Shown: in pieces, positions 1 to 13,254 of the stretch
Layout of the letters: the number at the start of each line of letters is the position of its first letter
Numbering within the stretch: position 1 is the stretch's first letter
NCBI RefSeq assembly: GCF_046119375.1
Contig: NW_027362764.1
Location: 496,992,001 to 497,056,000, forward strand
Reading direction: 5' to 3'
Length of the DNA stretch: 64,000 bases
From: Phyllobates terribilis
Lineage: Eukaryota
The notes under the pieces: generated by a model
What the model was told of the DNA's origin: nothing
What the model saw: only the letters and a program-made list of their open reading frames with translations
Database searches by the model: none
Program-made: the position numbers and the translations under genes

Positions 1-1417
1 TTCAAGAATGTCCATAGATATCTACCAGCAACACAGAGGGAACAGAATAAGACTATGGTCACACACAGTTTACTATGCAGATATTCCACACCACCTGCAA
101 GAAATCTCCCATGGTTTTATATCAATGCTGCTGCTCATATGGCCGTGAATTATTCTGGTATTGATTTAAAAACACCTTCAATAAGAGACATATCATTTGT
201 TGAGGTCTGGTTGGGACAAAAGCGCACAATAGGGCAATACTGCAACTATGTGGGGTAGTTGGGTACTGATGCTTTTTTCAAGGTAAAAAAACCCCAAATA
301 TTTGAAAAAGGTGCCGAAACGCGTTGGTGTATTAAAATCTTTATATTACACCATCGAGGATTCTTCATTCCCGCAAGCGCAGCCCAGGGTACTGCGATAT
401 CGCCAGTAAAGTGTATTGCTATGTAGAAGAACTTGTCCTCCAGTCATGTGGATTGTAAGGTTCTTCTAGGTGTTGTTTCTCTACACAATTACACAGTACC
501 CTCAGCGTAGTCATTCTTTATTTTTTTTTTTAGCAAACAGACTAAAATATTTGAGGGGGTTTTCAAAAGTTATTCCATAAAAATGAAATAAAATTACTTG
601 CATAATATTTATAGGGTCTTAATAGCTGAGTGTCTGATCTCCGCTCTACCTAGATATCTATATACACAGATATGCCCGTATCTGGCCTGTTCTGGACGCT
701 CCATACACAATGCTTCCTTTTAAGGCTTTATTGCTATGACTCACTTCAATGTGAAAGTATTTTATAACTGCAATTTCTACAACAAATTTTCAGCCCTGGG
801 TGTTACACGTCTCTACTATTCGGCTTAGCTGCTTCCCCTTTTACAATGTATATAGGAGAACCATATGACATAGAGCCAGATGAGCCCTCCTGATAAATAG
901 ATGGTTTACATCCCCACAGTACTTTCTACATCACAGATCATTGTAGTGTAAAAGTTTCTTTCCGCTTTGTAAAACTTATATTCAAAAAATGTGTTTTAGA
1001 AAACAGTAGTAACATTCACCATTAGGTCAATTTTACAGGAAACTTTCAAAAGTTCTTATAGGAAGATCTACCTCCAAAAAGAAAGAATTTCCTCTGTATC
1101 AAACTTCCTGCTTTTCCTCTCAGAATAAGAAAAAAAAACACAAGTGGATACAAATCTTTGGGGAAACCATCACCCGTCTTTTTCATATGAACCTGCAAAT
1201 GCTTCATATCGTTATCGATTGCCTGACCAAAGACAAATAACCTGAAAAAAGTACCCGACAAAAGTAAACAGTTCTTTCACCTACAGACTAACCGAGCAAG
1301 GTCACAAGTCACCATCACCTCTAAGCAATGTGGAAAAGCTGGAATTTCTGGTGGCTGAAGACTAGATCTCACACAATCCCGCTACCTGCCATGTGTATGG
1401 CCACAAGCCAAGGATTA

Positions 1418-2370
1418 GGCTATGTGCCCACGATGCAGAAATACTCCGGATTTTTCCTGAGCGTTTCTGCATCTCCCTGGCAGAAAAAAAGCATGTGGAT
1501 TGTACATGCGGATTGTATATGTGGATTGTACATGCGTTTTTCCTGCCAGGGACATGTGGATGTGAAGCGTTCTTCACATGCATTTCCGCATGCGGGTTGA
1601 CAAGCGCTTTCCAAGAGATTTTAGCATCACTTGGAAAGTGCTTGTCAACTTGGTCACACGATATAAATCCATGCAAACGGCATATATAGTGTGACCAAGA
1701 GAATGTTTAAAGATAAAAAAATAAATCTATACTTACCTTCCGATGGCCCCCGGAGTCTTGCTTCGCTCCGTCATGGATTTATATAGTGACCGTAAAGAAT
1801 GGTAAAAAATAAAAAATAAATATATACTTACCTTCTGATGACCCCCGGTGTGCTTGTGTCTGCTTGCCGGCAGCTCGCGGTACACTGAAAGGACCTGCCG
1901 ACATCAGCGGTCGCATGACCCGTCACATGACTAAATGACGTCAGCGCAGGTCCTTCAGTCCACCGCGATCTGCTGGCAAGCGAAGACAAGCACACCGGGG
2001 GCCAACAGGAGGTAAGTATAATGTATATTTTATTCTTTTTTTTACAGGTACTATGGTACCCGGGTCCGGAGGAGAGTTTCTTCTCCTCGAGACCCGAGTA
2101 CCATCAGCACATTGAAACGCATGGAATCCGCATGTACAGATGCAGTGATGCGTAATCCATGCGTTCCAATGCAAGTCAATGGCGGAGAAAACGCAGCGCC
2201 TCTGCAAAATAATTGGTAGTGCTGCGTTTTTTTCCGCAATGATAATCCGCAGCGGAAATTTCCGCAGCATGTGCACAACACGTGGATTATCATTGGGGGA
2301 CACGGCAGACCTTCTACCAAGCGTTTGCCGCTGCGGAAACGCTTAAAAAATGCATCGTGGGCACACAGCC
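1418..2370. mobile_element. Non-autonomous PIF/Harbinger-like MITE in GFOD1 intron 1
   Basis: Terminal inverted repeats GGCTATGTGCCCACGATGCA (1418) and TGCATCGTGGGCACACAGCC (2370), flanked by TTA and TAA. Internal palindrome around 1830-2015. Related copies at 39534, 60878 and 62072. Confidence 0.7.
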
Positions 2371-2540
2371 TAAATCCTGGGTTCTCCACATCTATGAAAA
2401 TAATTATACATGGGGTAATAAAGGTGAGCAGAACAAGGACGGATTTCACAGTGTACACACAACTAACACGTATCACTAAGAGAAAATGGTGCATAATATA
2501 CAATATGGTCTCACTGTATGGGATCACTAATATATTAGAG

Positions 2541-5500
2541 CAGGGCTGCTGAGTCGGTAAGCCAAACCACCGACTCAGACTCCTCAATTTCCCTTACTTC
2601 CGACTCCAACTCCACGACTTGGACTCCACAGCACTGCTTCACTACTGAGCGTGTACATAAAGTGCTGCACAGATTCATCTCACTGCCTCACTACTGAGCG
2701 TGTACATAAAGTGCTGCACAGATTCATCTCACTACTGAGCGTGTACATAAAGTGCAGCACAGATTCATCTCACTGCCTCACTACTGAGCATGTACATAAA
2801 GTGCAGCACAGATTCATCTCACTGCCTCACTACTGAGAATGTACATAAAGTGCAGCACAGATTCATCTCACTGCCTCACTACTGAGCGTGTACATAAAGT
2901 GCAGCACAGATTCATCTCACTGCCTCACTACTGAGCATGTACATAAAGTGCAGCACAGATTCATCTCACTGCCTCACTACTGAGCGTGTACATAAAGTGC
3001 AGCACAGATTCATCTCACTGCCTCACTACTGAGCATGTACATAAAGTGCAGCACAGATTCATCTCACTGCCTCACTACTGAGCATGTACATAAAGTGGAG
3101 CAGATTCATCTCACTGCCTCACTACTGAGCGTGTACATAAAGTGCAGCACAGATTCATCTCACTGCCTGAATACTGAGCGTGTACATAAAGTGCAGCACA
3201 GATTCATCTCACTGCCTTACTACTGAGCATGTACATAAAGTGGAGCAGATTCATCTCACTGCCTCACTACTGAGCGTGTACATAAAGTGCAGCACAGATT
3301 CATCTCACTGCCTCACTACTGAGCATGTACATAAAGTGCAGCACAGATTCATCTCACTACTGAGCATGTACATAAAGTGGAGCAGATTCATCTCACTGCC
3401 TCACTACTGAGCGTGTACATAAAGTGCAGCACAGATTCATCTCACTGCCTCACTACTGAGCGTGTACATAAAGTGCAGCACAGATTCATCTCAATGCCTC
3501 ACTTCTGAGCATGTACATAAAGTGCAGCACAGATTCATCTCACTGCCTCACTACTGAGCATGTACATAAAGTGCAGCACAGATTCATCTCACTGCCTCAC
3601 TGCTGAGCATGTACATAAAGTGCAGCACAGATTCATCTCACTGCCTCACTACTGAGCGTGTACATAAAGTGCAGCACAGATTCATCTCACTGCCTCACTA
3701 CTGAGCATGTACATAAAGTGCAGCACAGATTCATCTCACTGCCTCACTACTGAGCATGTACATAAAGTGGAGCAGATTCATCTCACTGCCTCACTACTGA
3801 GCGTGTACATAAAGTGCAGCACAGATTCATCTCACTGCCTGAATACTGAGCGTGTACATAAAGTGCAGCACAGATTCATCTCACTGCCTTACTACTGAGC
3901 ATGTACATAAAGTGGAGCAGATTCATCTCACTGCCTCACTACTGAGCGTGTACATAAAGTGCAGCACAGATTCATCTCACTGCCTCACTACTGAGCATGT
4001 ACATAAAGTGCAGCACAGATTCATCTCACTACTGAGCATGTACATAAAGTGGAGCAGATTCATCTCACTGCCTCACTACTGAGCGTGTACATAAAGTGCA
4101 GCACAGATTCATCTCACTGCCTCACTACTGAGCGTGTACATAAAGTGCAGCACAGATTCATCTCAATGCCTCACTTCTGAGCATGTACATAAAGTGCAGC
4201 ACAGATTCATCTCACTGCCTCACTACTGAGCATGTACATAAAGTGCAGCACAGATTCATCTCACTGCCTCACTGCTGAGCATGTACATAAAGTGCAGCAC
4301 AGATTCATCTCACTGCCTCACTACTGAGCGTGTACATAAAGTGCAGCACAGATTCATCTCACTGCCTCACTACTGAGCATGTACATAAAGTGCAGCACAG
4401 ATTCATCTCACTGCCTCACTACTGAGCGTGTACATAAAGTGCAGCACAGATTCATCTCACTGCCTCACTACTGAGCATGTACATAAAGTGCAGCACAGAT
4501 TCATCTCACTACTGAGCATGTACATAAAGAGCAGCACAGATTCATCTCACTGCCTCTCTACTGAGCATGTACATAAAGTGCAGCACAGATTCATCTCACT
4601 GCCTCACTACTAAGCATGTACATAAAGTGCAGCACAGATTCATCTCACTGCCTCACTACTGAGCGTGTACATAAAGTGCAGCACAGATTCATCTCACTGC
4701 CTCGCTACTGAGCATGTACATAAAGTGCTGCACAGATTCATCTCACTGCCTCACTACTGAGCATTTACATAAAGTGTAGCACAGATTCATCTCACTGCCT
4801 CACTACTGAGCATGTACATAAAGTGGAGCACAGATTCATCTCACTGCCTCACTACTGAGCATGTACATAAAGTGGAGCACAGATTCATCTCACTGCCTCA
4901 CTACTGAGCATGTACATAAAGTGGAGCACAGATTCATCTCACTGCCTCACTACTGAGAATGTACATAAAGTGCAGCACAGATTCATCTCACTGCCTCACT
5001 ACTGAGCATGTAAATAGAGTGCAGCACAGATTCATCTCACTGCCTCACTACTGAGCATGTACATAAAGTGTAGCACAGATTCATCTCACTGCCTCACTAC
5101 TGAGCATGTACATAAAGTGCAGCACAGATTCATCTCACTGCCTCACTATTGAGCATGTACATAAAGTGCAGCACAGATTCATCTCACTGCCTCACTACTG
5201 AGCATGTACATAAAGTGCAGCACAGATTCATCTCACTGCCTTACTACTGAGTATGTACATAAAGTGCAGCACAGATTCATCTCACTGCCTCACTACTGAG
5301 CATGTACATAAAGTGGAGCACAGATTTATCTCACTGCCTCACTACTGAGCATGTACATAAAGTGCAGCACAGATTCATCTCACTGCCTCACTACTGAGCG
5401 TGTACATAAAGTGCAGCACAGATTCATCTCACTGCCTCACTACTGAGCGTGTACATAAAGTGGATAACAGATTCATCTCACTGCCTCACTACTGAGCGTG

Positions 5501-8122
5501 TACATAAAGTGCAGCACAGATTCATCTCATTGCCTCACTACTGAGTATGTACATAAAGTGCAGCACAGATTCATCTCATTGCCTCACTACTAAGAGTGTA
5601 CATAAAGTGCAGCACAGATTCATCTCACTGCCTCACTACTGAGTATGTACATAAAGTGCAGCACAGATTCATCTCACTGCCTCACTATTGAGCATGTACA
5701 TAAAGTGGAGCATAGATTCATCTCACTGCCTCACTACTGAGCATGTACATAAAGTGCAGCACAGATTCATCTCACTGCCTCACTACTGAGCATGTACATA
5801 AAGTGCTTCATCTCACTGCCTCACTACTAAGCGTGTACATAAAGTGCAGCACAGATTCATCTCACTGCCTCACTACTGAGAATGTACATAAAGTGCAGCA
5901 CAGATTCATCTCACTGCCTCACTACTGAGCATGTACATAAATGCAGCACAGATTCATCTCACTGCCTCACTACTGAGCATGTACATAAAGTGCAGCACAG
6001 ATTCATCTCACTGCCTCACTACTGAGCATGTACATAAAGTGCAGCACAGATTCATCTCACTGCCTTACTACTGAGCATGTACATAAAGTGCAGCACAGAT
6101 TCATCTCACTGCCTCACTACTAAGCGTGTACATAAAGAGCAGCACAGATTCATCTCACTGCCTCACTACTGAGCGTGTACATAAAGTGCAGCAGATTCAT
6201 CTCACTGCCTCACTACTGAGCATGTACATAAAGTGCAGCACAGATTCATCTCACTGCCTCACTACTGAGCATGTACATAAAGTGGAGCATAGATTCATCT
6301 CACTGCCTCACTACTGAGCATGTACATAAAGTGCAGCACAGATTCATCTCACTGCCTCACTACTAAGCGTGTACATAAAGTGCTTCATCTCACTGCCTCA
6401 CTACTAAGCGTGTACATAAAGTGCAGCACAGATTCATCTCACTGCCTCACTACTGAGAATGTACATAAAGTGCAGTACAGATTCATCTCACTGCCTCACT
6501 ACTGAGCATGTACATAAAGTGCAGCACAGATTCATCTCACTGCCTCACTACTGAGCGTGTACATAAAGTGCAGCACAGATTCATCTCACTACTGAGCATG
6601 TACATAAAGTGTAGCACAGATTCATCTCACTGCCTCACTACTGAGCATGTACATAAAGTGCAGCACAGATTCATCTCACTGGCTCACTACTGAGCATGTA
6701 CATAAAGTGCAGCACAGATTCATCTCACTGCCTCACTACTGAGCATGTACATAAAGTGCAGCACAGATTCATCTCACTGCCTCACTACTGAGCATGTACA
6801 TAAAGTGCAGCACAGATTCATCTCACTGCCTCACTACTGAGAATGAACATAAAGTGCAGCACAGATTCATCTCACTGCCTCACTACTGAGCATGTACATA
6901 AAGTGGAGCACAGATTCATCTCACTGCCTCACAACTGAGCATGTACATAAAGTGGATCACAGATTCATCTCACTGCCTCACTACTGAGCGTGTACATAAA
7001 GTGCAGTACAGATTCATCTCATTGCCTCACTACTGAGTATGTACATAAAGTGCAGCACAGATTCATCTCACTGCCTCACTACTGAGCGTGTACATAAAGT
7101 GCAGCACAGATTCATCTCAATGCCTCACTACTAAGCATGTACATAAAGTGCAACACAGATTCATCTCACTGCCTCACTACTGAGTATGTACATAAAGTGC
7201 AGCACAGATTCATCTCACTGCCTCACTACTGAGCATGTACATAAAGTGGAGCATAGATTCATCTCACTGCCTCACTACTGAGCATGTACATAAAGTGCAG
7301 CACAGATTCATCTCACTGCCTCACTACTAAGCGTGTACATAAAGTGCTTCATCTCACTGCCTCACTACTAAGAGTGTACATAAAGTGCAGCACAGATTCA
7401 TCTCATTGCCTCACTACTGAGAATGTACATAAAGTGCAGCACAGATTCATCTCACTGCCTCACTACTGAGCATGTACATAAAGTGCAGCACAGATTCATC
7501 TCACTGCCTTACTACTGAGCATGTACATAAAGTGCAGCACAGATTCATCTCACTGCCTCACTACTAAGCGTGTGCATAAAGAGCAGCACAGATTCATCTC
7601 ACTGCCTCACTACTGAGCGTGTACATAAAGTGCAGCACAGATTCATCTCACTGCTTCACTACTGAGCATTTACATAAAGTGCAGCACAGATTCATCTCAC
7701 TGCCTCACTATTGAGCATGTACATAAAGTGCAGCACAGATTCATCTCACTGCCTCACTACTGAGCATGTACATAAAGTGCAGCACAGATTCATCTCACTG
7801 CCTCACTACTGAGCATGTACATAAAGTGCAGCACAGATTCATCTCACTGCCTCACTACTGAGCATGTACATAAAGTGCAGCACAGATTCATCTCACTGCC
7901 TCACTACTGAGCATGTACATAAAGTGCAGCACAGATTCATCTCACTGCCTCACTACTGAGCATGTACATAAAGTGGAGCACAGATTCATCTCACTGCCTC
8001 ACTACTGAGCATGTACATAAAGTGCAGCACAGATTCATCTCACTGCCTCACTACTGAGCATGTACATAAAGTGCAGCACAGATTTATCTCACTGCCTCAT
8101 TACTGCCGACTCCACAGCCCTG
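2541..8122. mobile_element. hAT-type MITE inflated by an internal 49-bp satellite
   Basis: TIRs CAGGGCTGCTGAGTCGG (2541) and CCGACTCCACAGCCCTG (8106-8122). Perfect 8-bp TSD TATTAGAG at 2533-2540 and 8123-8130. Confidence 0.9.
2640..8105. repeat. 49-bp minisatellite, about 110 copies
   Basis: Unit ACTGAGCATGTACATAAAGTGCAGCACAGATTCATCTCACTGCCTCACT; period read directly (e.g. 7741 to 7790). Confidence 0.97.
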
Positions 8123-8772
8123 TATTAGAGTATCATATAAGCTGCAACGATTATATATGCTGTATTTTGAATAGAGTAAGGAATATTCCCATTTCAACGC
8201 CTAAAGATTCAGCAAATTCAAGTATCATTAACCTACAAATCCATCAGCAGAATACAGCAATTCATTGTCTGGACACATTAGGCTAATTTCATTTGCATAA
8301 AACACTTGGAATTACTATGCACTTACATTTGTATTACACATAATAGTGTTTCGCTATTAGGTACAGTATTTATTAATTTTTTCATATGATGGCAAATTAA
8401 AGTTTTGTTTTTCCTTCCTATTCTGGTCACTCAGATTTAATTCATCCTCATCTCTCATAGTATAGCTGCATGTGGGATGTTCTGTGACTCCTTCGGTTCT
8501 ATGGTATCTGGTGTATGTATATAAACGAAAGTAAGTCCAGCTCCTCCCCTCGGGAAAGTACCAGGGTGACTCCTAAGCAGGACGCTTGCATTTCAAGACC
8601 AGCGGCCGGGTCTGCTGGGCAACGCATCCCAGTGGTGATATGATGGCGCGCTCCCTTTTGACGCTTCGTTGCATCTCTGGACGCTGAGCCTGAATCTTCC
8701 AGGGCCGCGGGATTGCGGCGCTAGCGGTTTAGGTGCATATTAAGGTATCTGGGTTTTTATTGGATGAGCAAA

Positions 8773-10059
8773 TGTGGCGCTCCTGAGGGTTCAGTCACCA
8801 CAGGGGTACTGCACCTCAGCTCGAGGTGTGGTATCTCCTCTTCCAGGTAAGGATGGAGCACTTCTCAGGACCCTACTTCACCATTCAACACTACACCACT
8901 CCTGTCCTGTAGGGGGCCTAAATGCACCAGGGTGCTGCCCCAGCCCGGGATATAGGAGATGGGGGGGAACCAAAGATAGGGGGAACCATGTAGTGGGTGG
9001 AGGACACACTTACAGGAAGCACTTATAGCAACATATAAAACCAACAGCCATCTTAAGTTCAAGGTCTTTGATTGTGATCTTCATCAGTGATAGTGGTCTC
9101 CATCTCTGATTGTGGGCACCCACCAGAGTTCACCTACAGGCCTCATCCGACTGAAGATACACGGTCCTCGTTCTCTGGCCTTGAGACGAGGAGCGGGTCA
9201 GAGTTAATCACTGCCTCTACCCGGTCAAGGTCCCTACCTAAGAAGGCCTGGAGGGGAGTAGAGGAGACAAGCTCCACAGGCAAAAGGATCCCAGGGGGAT
9301 ACGGACGGAGCGGCACACGCCACCTGTATTTCTTACTCTGGCCTAGCAGGGGGATTCCTGCTGCAATAGGGGTGACCGGCCCTCGATATCTGACTCTGTT
9401 ACTTCACGTCTCTGTCAGAAAAGCCCGGAGGCTTAGTGGATCCCAGGAGGGATACGGACGGAGCGGCATACGCCACCTGTACCTCTCTACCTGCGTTCAT
9501 CCAGTGGGACCCGGCCTTATACCTAGTTCTAACCACGCAAACAGTCAAGTGGAGACTTAGTGGGAGAACTCACCTAGGAGAGGAACACACACACCAGAAG
9601 GGTCTCGACAGGTGCTCCTGATCTATCTGGAAAGTGCTGGACCCCCTTCCTGGTGGCCGCAGTACACAGCGAGGAGCAGAGGGAAGCTTTGCGGCTAAAG
9701 TTCATCTGAATGTTAGTAAAAACCCTGGATGACTTCACACCCCGCTTCAGCCTGTTATTTACTGCGTGGCACTGCACCCACCATCCTTCCTCACACTGCC
9801 CTGAGGCCTGCGGGGAGCCGTCCCATCTTAGCTGTCCGTAACACCGGCCTCAGTGGACTGAGACAGCGCTGGTGTCCATCACCGGAAACCGTAGGTGGCG
9901 TAGTCGGAAAATTACCACTCAACCCTGAAAGCCCATTAAATCTTTTATGTGACCGCCCTGGGCACGGACCGGGTCCGGGCCACGACTGCAACCCCCCCCC
10001 AACATCTGACCCGGCTCTGAGTAACCCCACTTCCCAGGGTGAGGGCTGTGAGCGTCACA
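8773..10059. mobile_element. Solo LTR (Gypsy-like), about 1.29 kb
   Basis: TG...CA ends with short inverted termini TGTGGCGCTC / GAGCGTCACA and a 4-bp TSD CAAA (8769-8772, 10060-10063). No gag/pol coding inside. Confidence 0.75.
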
Positions 10060-10065
10060 CAAACG

Positions 10066-10100
10066 CCTTCTGATGAAGCAGGATGCGAAACGTGTCAAGG
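10066..10100 (+). ncRNA. Minimal type I hammerhead ribozyme motif, Penelope-like element type
   Basis: CCTT-CTGATGA-A-GCA(GGA)TGC-GAAAC-GT-GTC-AAGG. Intact CUGAUGA/GAAA core, 3-bp stem II, 4-bp stem I, GUC cleavage triplet (cut after 10096). Confidence 0.6.
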
Positions 10101-10514
10101 GGCCTATGGTGACACATGAGTATTATTTGCATTAGGTGACAAGTTCACTGGTCCGATATTCTTTGAAGAGACATAACAGACTGGGAATCTTGTATGGGTA
10201 TTTTTGGAGTATGATATAAACCTTATGCATTGGGCACTTAACTTTATATTTTCTATAAGGGATTTATAATATCCGGTGATGTCTTTCGGATTATTTGAAG
10301 ATAAATTCCTTTATTAATATTGAAACATTCATAGAGCACATAATCAGTGTCTAGGTCAGGAACAAGAGTACAGCGTCCCCCCTAAATGAATATATCGCAA
10401 AGACTAAACATACACAGAAGGTGGAGCACTCCAAACAATCTCTACTACAAAAATGACCAACAGAGTAGCCATAACCACCAATAGAGTTGAAATATAGTTT
10501 ATTGAACAAATATA

Positions 10515-12142
10515 CAGTACAGACCAAAAGTTTGGACACACCTTCTCATTTAAAGATTTTTCTGTATTTTGATGACTATGAAAATTGTACATTCACACTG
10601 AAGGCATCAAAACTATGAATTAACACATGTGGAATTATATACTTAACAAAAAAGTGTGAAACAACTGAAAATATGTCTTATATTCTAGGTTCTTCAAAGT
10701 AGCCACCTTTTGCTTTGATGACTCATTTGCACACTCTTGGCATTCTCTTGATGAGCTTCAAGAGGTAGTCACCGGAAATGGTCTTCCAACAATCTTTAAG
10801 GAGTTCCCAGAGATGCTTAGCACTTGTTGGCCCTTTTGCCTTTACTCTGCGGTCCAGCTCACCCCAAACCATCTCGATTGGGTTCAGGTCTGGTGACTGG
10901 AGGCCAGGTCATCTGGCGTAGCACCCCATCACTCTCCTTCTTGGTCAAATAGCCCTTACACAGCCTGGAAGTGTGTTTGGGGTCATTGTCCTGTTGAAAA
11001 ATAAATGATGGTCCAACTAAACGCAAACCGGATTGAATAGCATGCTGCTGCAAGATGCTGTGGTAGCCATGCTGGGTCAGTATGCCTTCAATTTTGAATA
11101 AATCCCTAACAGTGTCACCAGCAAAGGACCCCCACACCATCACACCTCCTCCTCCATGCTTCACGGTGGGAACCAGGCATGTAGAGTCCATCCGTTCACC
11201 TTTTCTGCGTCGCACAAAGACACGATGGTTGGAACCAAAGATCTCAAATTTGGACTCATCAGACCAAAGCACAGATTTCCACTGGTCTAATGTCCATTCC
11301 TTGTGTTCTTTAACCCAAACAAGTCTCTTCTGCTTGTTGCCTGTCCTTAGCACTGGTTTCCTAGCAGCTATTTTACCATGAAGGCCTGCTGCACAAAGTC
11401 TCTTCTTAACAGTTGCTGTAGAGATGTGTCTGCTGCTAGAACTCTGTGTGGCATTGACATGGTCTCTAATCTGAGCTGATGTTAACCTGCGACTTCTGAG
11501 GCTGGTGACTCGGATAAACTTATCCTCAGAAGCAGAGGTGACTCTTGGTCTTCCTTTCCTGGGGCGGTCCTCATGTGAGCCAGTTTCTTTGTAGCGCTTG
11601 ATGATTTTTGCAACTGCACTTGGGGACACTTTCAAAGTTTGCCCAATTTTTCAGACTGACTGACCTTCATTTCTTAAAGTAATGATGGCCACTCGTTTTT
11701 CTTTACTTAGCTGCTTTTTTCTTGCCATAATACAAATTCTAACTGTCTATTCAGTAGGACTATCAGCTGTGTATCCACCAGACTTCTGCACAACACAACT
11801 GATGGTCCCAACCCCATTTATAAGTCAAGAAATCCCACTTATTAAACCTGACAGGGCACACCTGTGAAGTGAAAACCATTTCAGGTGACTACCTCTTGAA
11901 GCTCATCAAGAGAATGCCAAGAGTGTGCAAAGCAGTCATCAAAGCAAAAGGTGGCTACTTTGAAGAACCTAGAATATAAGACATATTTTCAGTTGTTTCA
12001 CACTTTTTTGTTAAGTATATAATTCCACATGTGTTAATTCATAGTTTTGATGCCTTCAGTGTGAATGTACAATTTTCAAAGTCATAAAAATACAGAAAAA
12101 TGTTTAAATGAGAAGGTGTGTCCAAACTTTTGGTCTGTACTG
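10515..12142 (-). mobile_element. Full-length Tc1-like DNA transposon with about 267-bp TIRs
   Basis: TA flanks; termini CAGTACAGACCAAAAGTTTGGACACACC and its reverse complement. Near-identical long TIRs at 10515-10781 and 11876-12142. Confidence 0.95.
10678..11728 (-). pseudogene. Disrupted Tc1 DD34E transposase
   Basis: Begins MARKKQLSKEKR at 11728; motifs WSDESKF, FQQDNDPKH and NPIE. In-frame TGA at codon 26 (11651-11653) and a 2-bp deletion near 10900 (WPP-QSP). Confidence 0.92.
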
Positions 12143-12639
12143 TATATGTATTATAAAAATTACCATTATATACGTATGAGTCTATCAAGGAGGAAAAAAA
12201 TGGGGAGCATCAAAATCCAAAATACTATGCAATACTCAGCAAAACAACACCCATTGAAACAGTATAAGCCAACCATGTAGCATTACAGAACCCAAATAGG
12301 TCAAGTGGAGTAAAGTGATTAAAGATAGTGTTGCTTACCCATGATGAGGGAAGATAAAATGAGCCCACCACGCTGTCCCGACGCACGTTTCGCGTATAAG
12401 CTTTCTGAAGGGGAGGTGGCATGAATGTGTATTCATTACTACGTCTAACGCATGAGGAACTATAGATTTTTTCCCTTATGAGCATGTGTCATGATACAAG
12501 GTTTATTATAACAGAAATAAAGTCGCCATGAGACTTCCACACCAACAATACAAATTCCTATACAATGTCTAATTTTAAAGATCATCATTATGACATGTTT
12601 CTTGAAATAAGAGCAGTCAATGGCGTCAGTCAGTTTTGG

Positions 12640-12966
12640 CAGGGCTGTGGAGTCGGTAAGCTAAACCTCCGACTCCTCAATTTCCATGACTCTGACTCCA
12701 CGACTCCCTCATACATGGCTCATGGTTAAGTGATAAATTTACTGTAGCACAGATTCATCTCAGCTAAAAGTCTAGACCCTTAGATCAGGAATAGGACAGA
12801 CATTTATAGGACATTTCATAACTTTCCCAAATTCTTATGAAAAAATATTCCCCACAAACTGCATTGAACTATTGTACCCAATGTATTATATATTTTAGGA
12901 GTTGGAGTCTGTCCATTTTATACCGACTCCACCAAAATAGACACCGTCTCCAACTCCACAGCCCTG
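12640..12966. mobile_element. Short (327 bp) copy of the same hAT MITE family as 2541-8122
   Basis: TIRs CAGGGCTGTGGAGTCGG and ...ACTCCACAGCCCTG. Perfect 8-bp TSD AGTTTTGG (12632-12639, 12967-12974). Confidence 0.9.
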
Positions 12967-13254
12967 AGTTTTGGATCTGTAATAAGATGAATTCAGCACA
13001 GCGACAAGACTTATGTTATCAATTCACCTTGACACATATAACCGAGATTAACAGATATTTCAGAAAAAAAAGTTAATTATGTAAAGAGCCTTGAAAAAGA
13101 TCTCACTGGGCAAGATATGGGACCAATGGAAACATTCAAAGCATCCTTACTGCATGCCTGGGCTTCCCAAATTACACCTGCATGGCACCACATTGGTGAA
13201 GAATATAGGACTGAATAATAAGAGTGATTTTATGACTCATGAAAACAACCTTTT

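Noticed and set aside
295-335. Hammerhead-like TTGAAAAAGG..CCGAAACGCGTT; similar motifs on the minus strand near 12380-12415 and 31098-31135
   Set aside because: The CUGANGA box is mutated in each. They are Penelope-like remnants and unlikely to be active ribozymes.
2651-8286. Repeated MYIKCSTDSSHCLTTEHVHK ORFs with Cys/His spacing; array superficially CRISPR-like
   Set aside because: These are translations of a 49-bp satellite. There are no unique spacers or cas genes, the context is eukaryotic, and it is not a zinc-finger pattern.
9087-10073. ORFs of 157 aa and 114 aa
   Set aside because: They lie within a solo LTR and show no gag, pol or env motifs.
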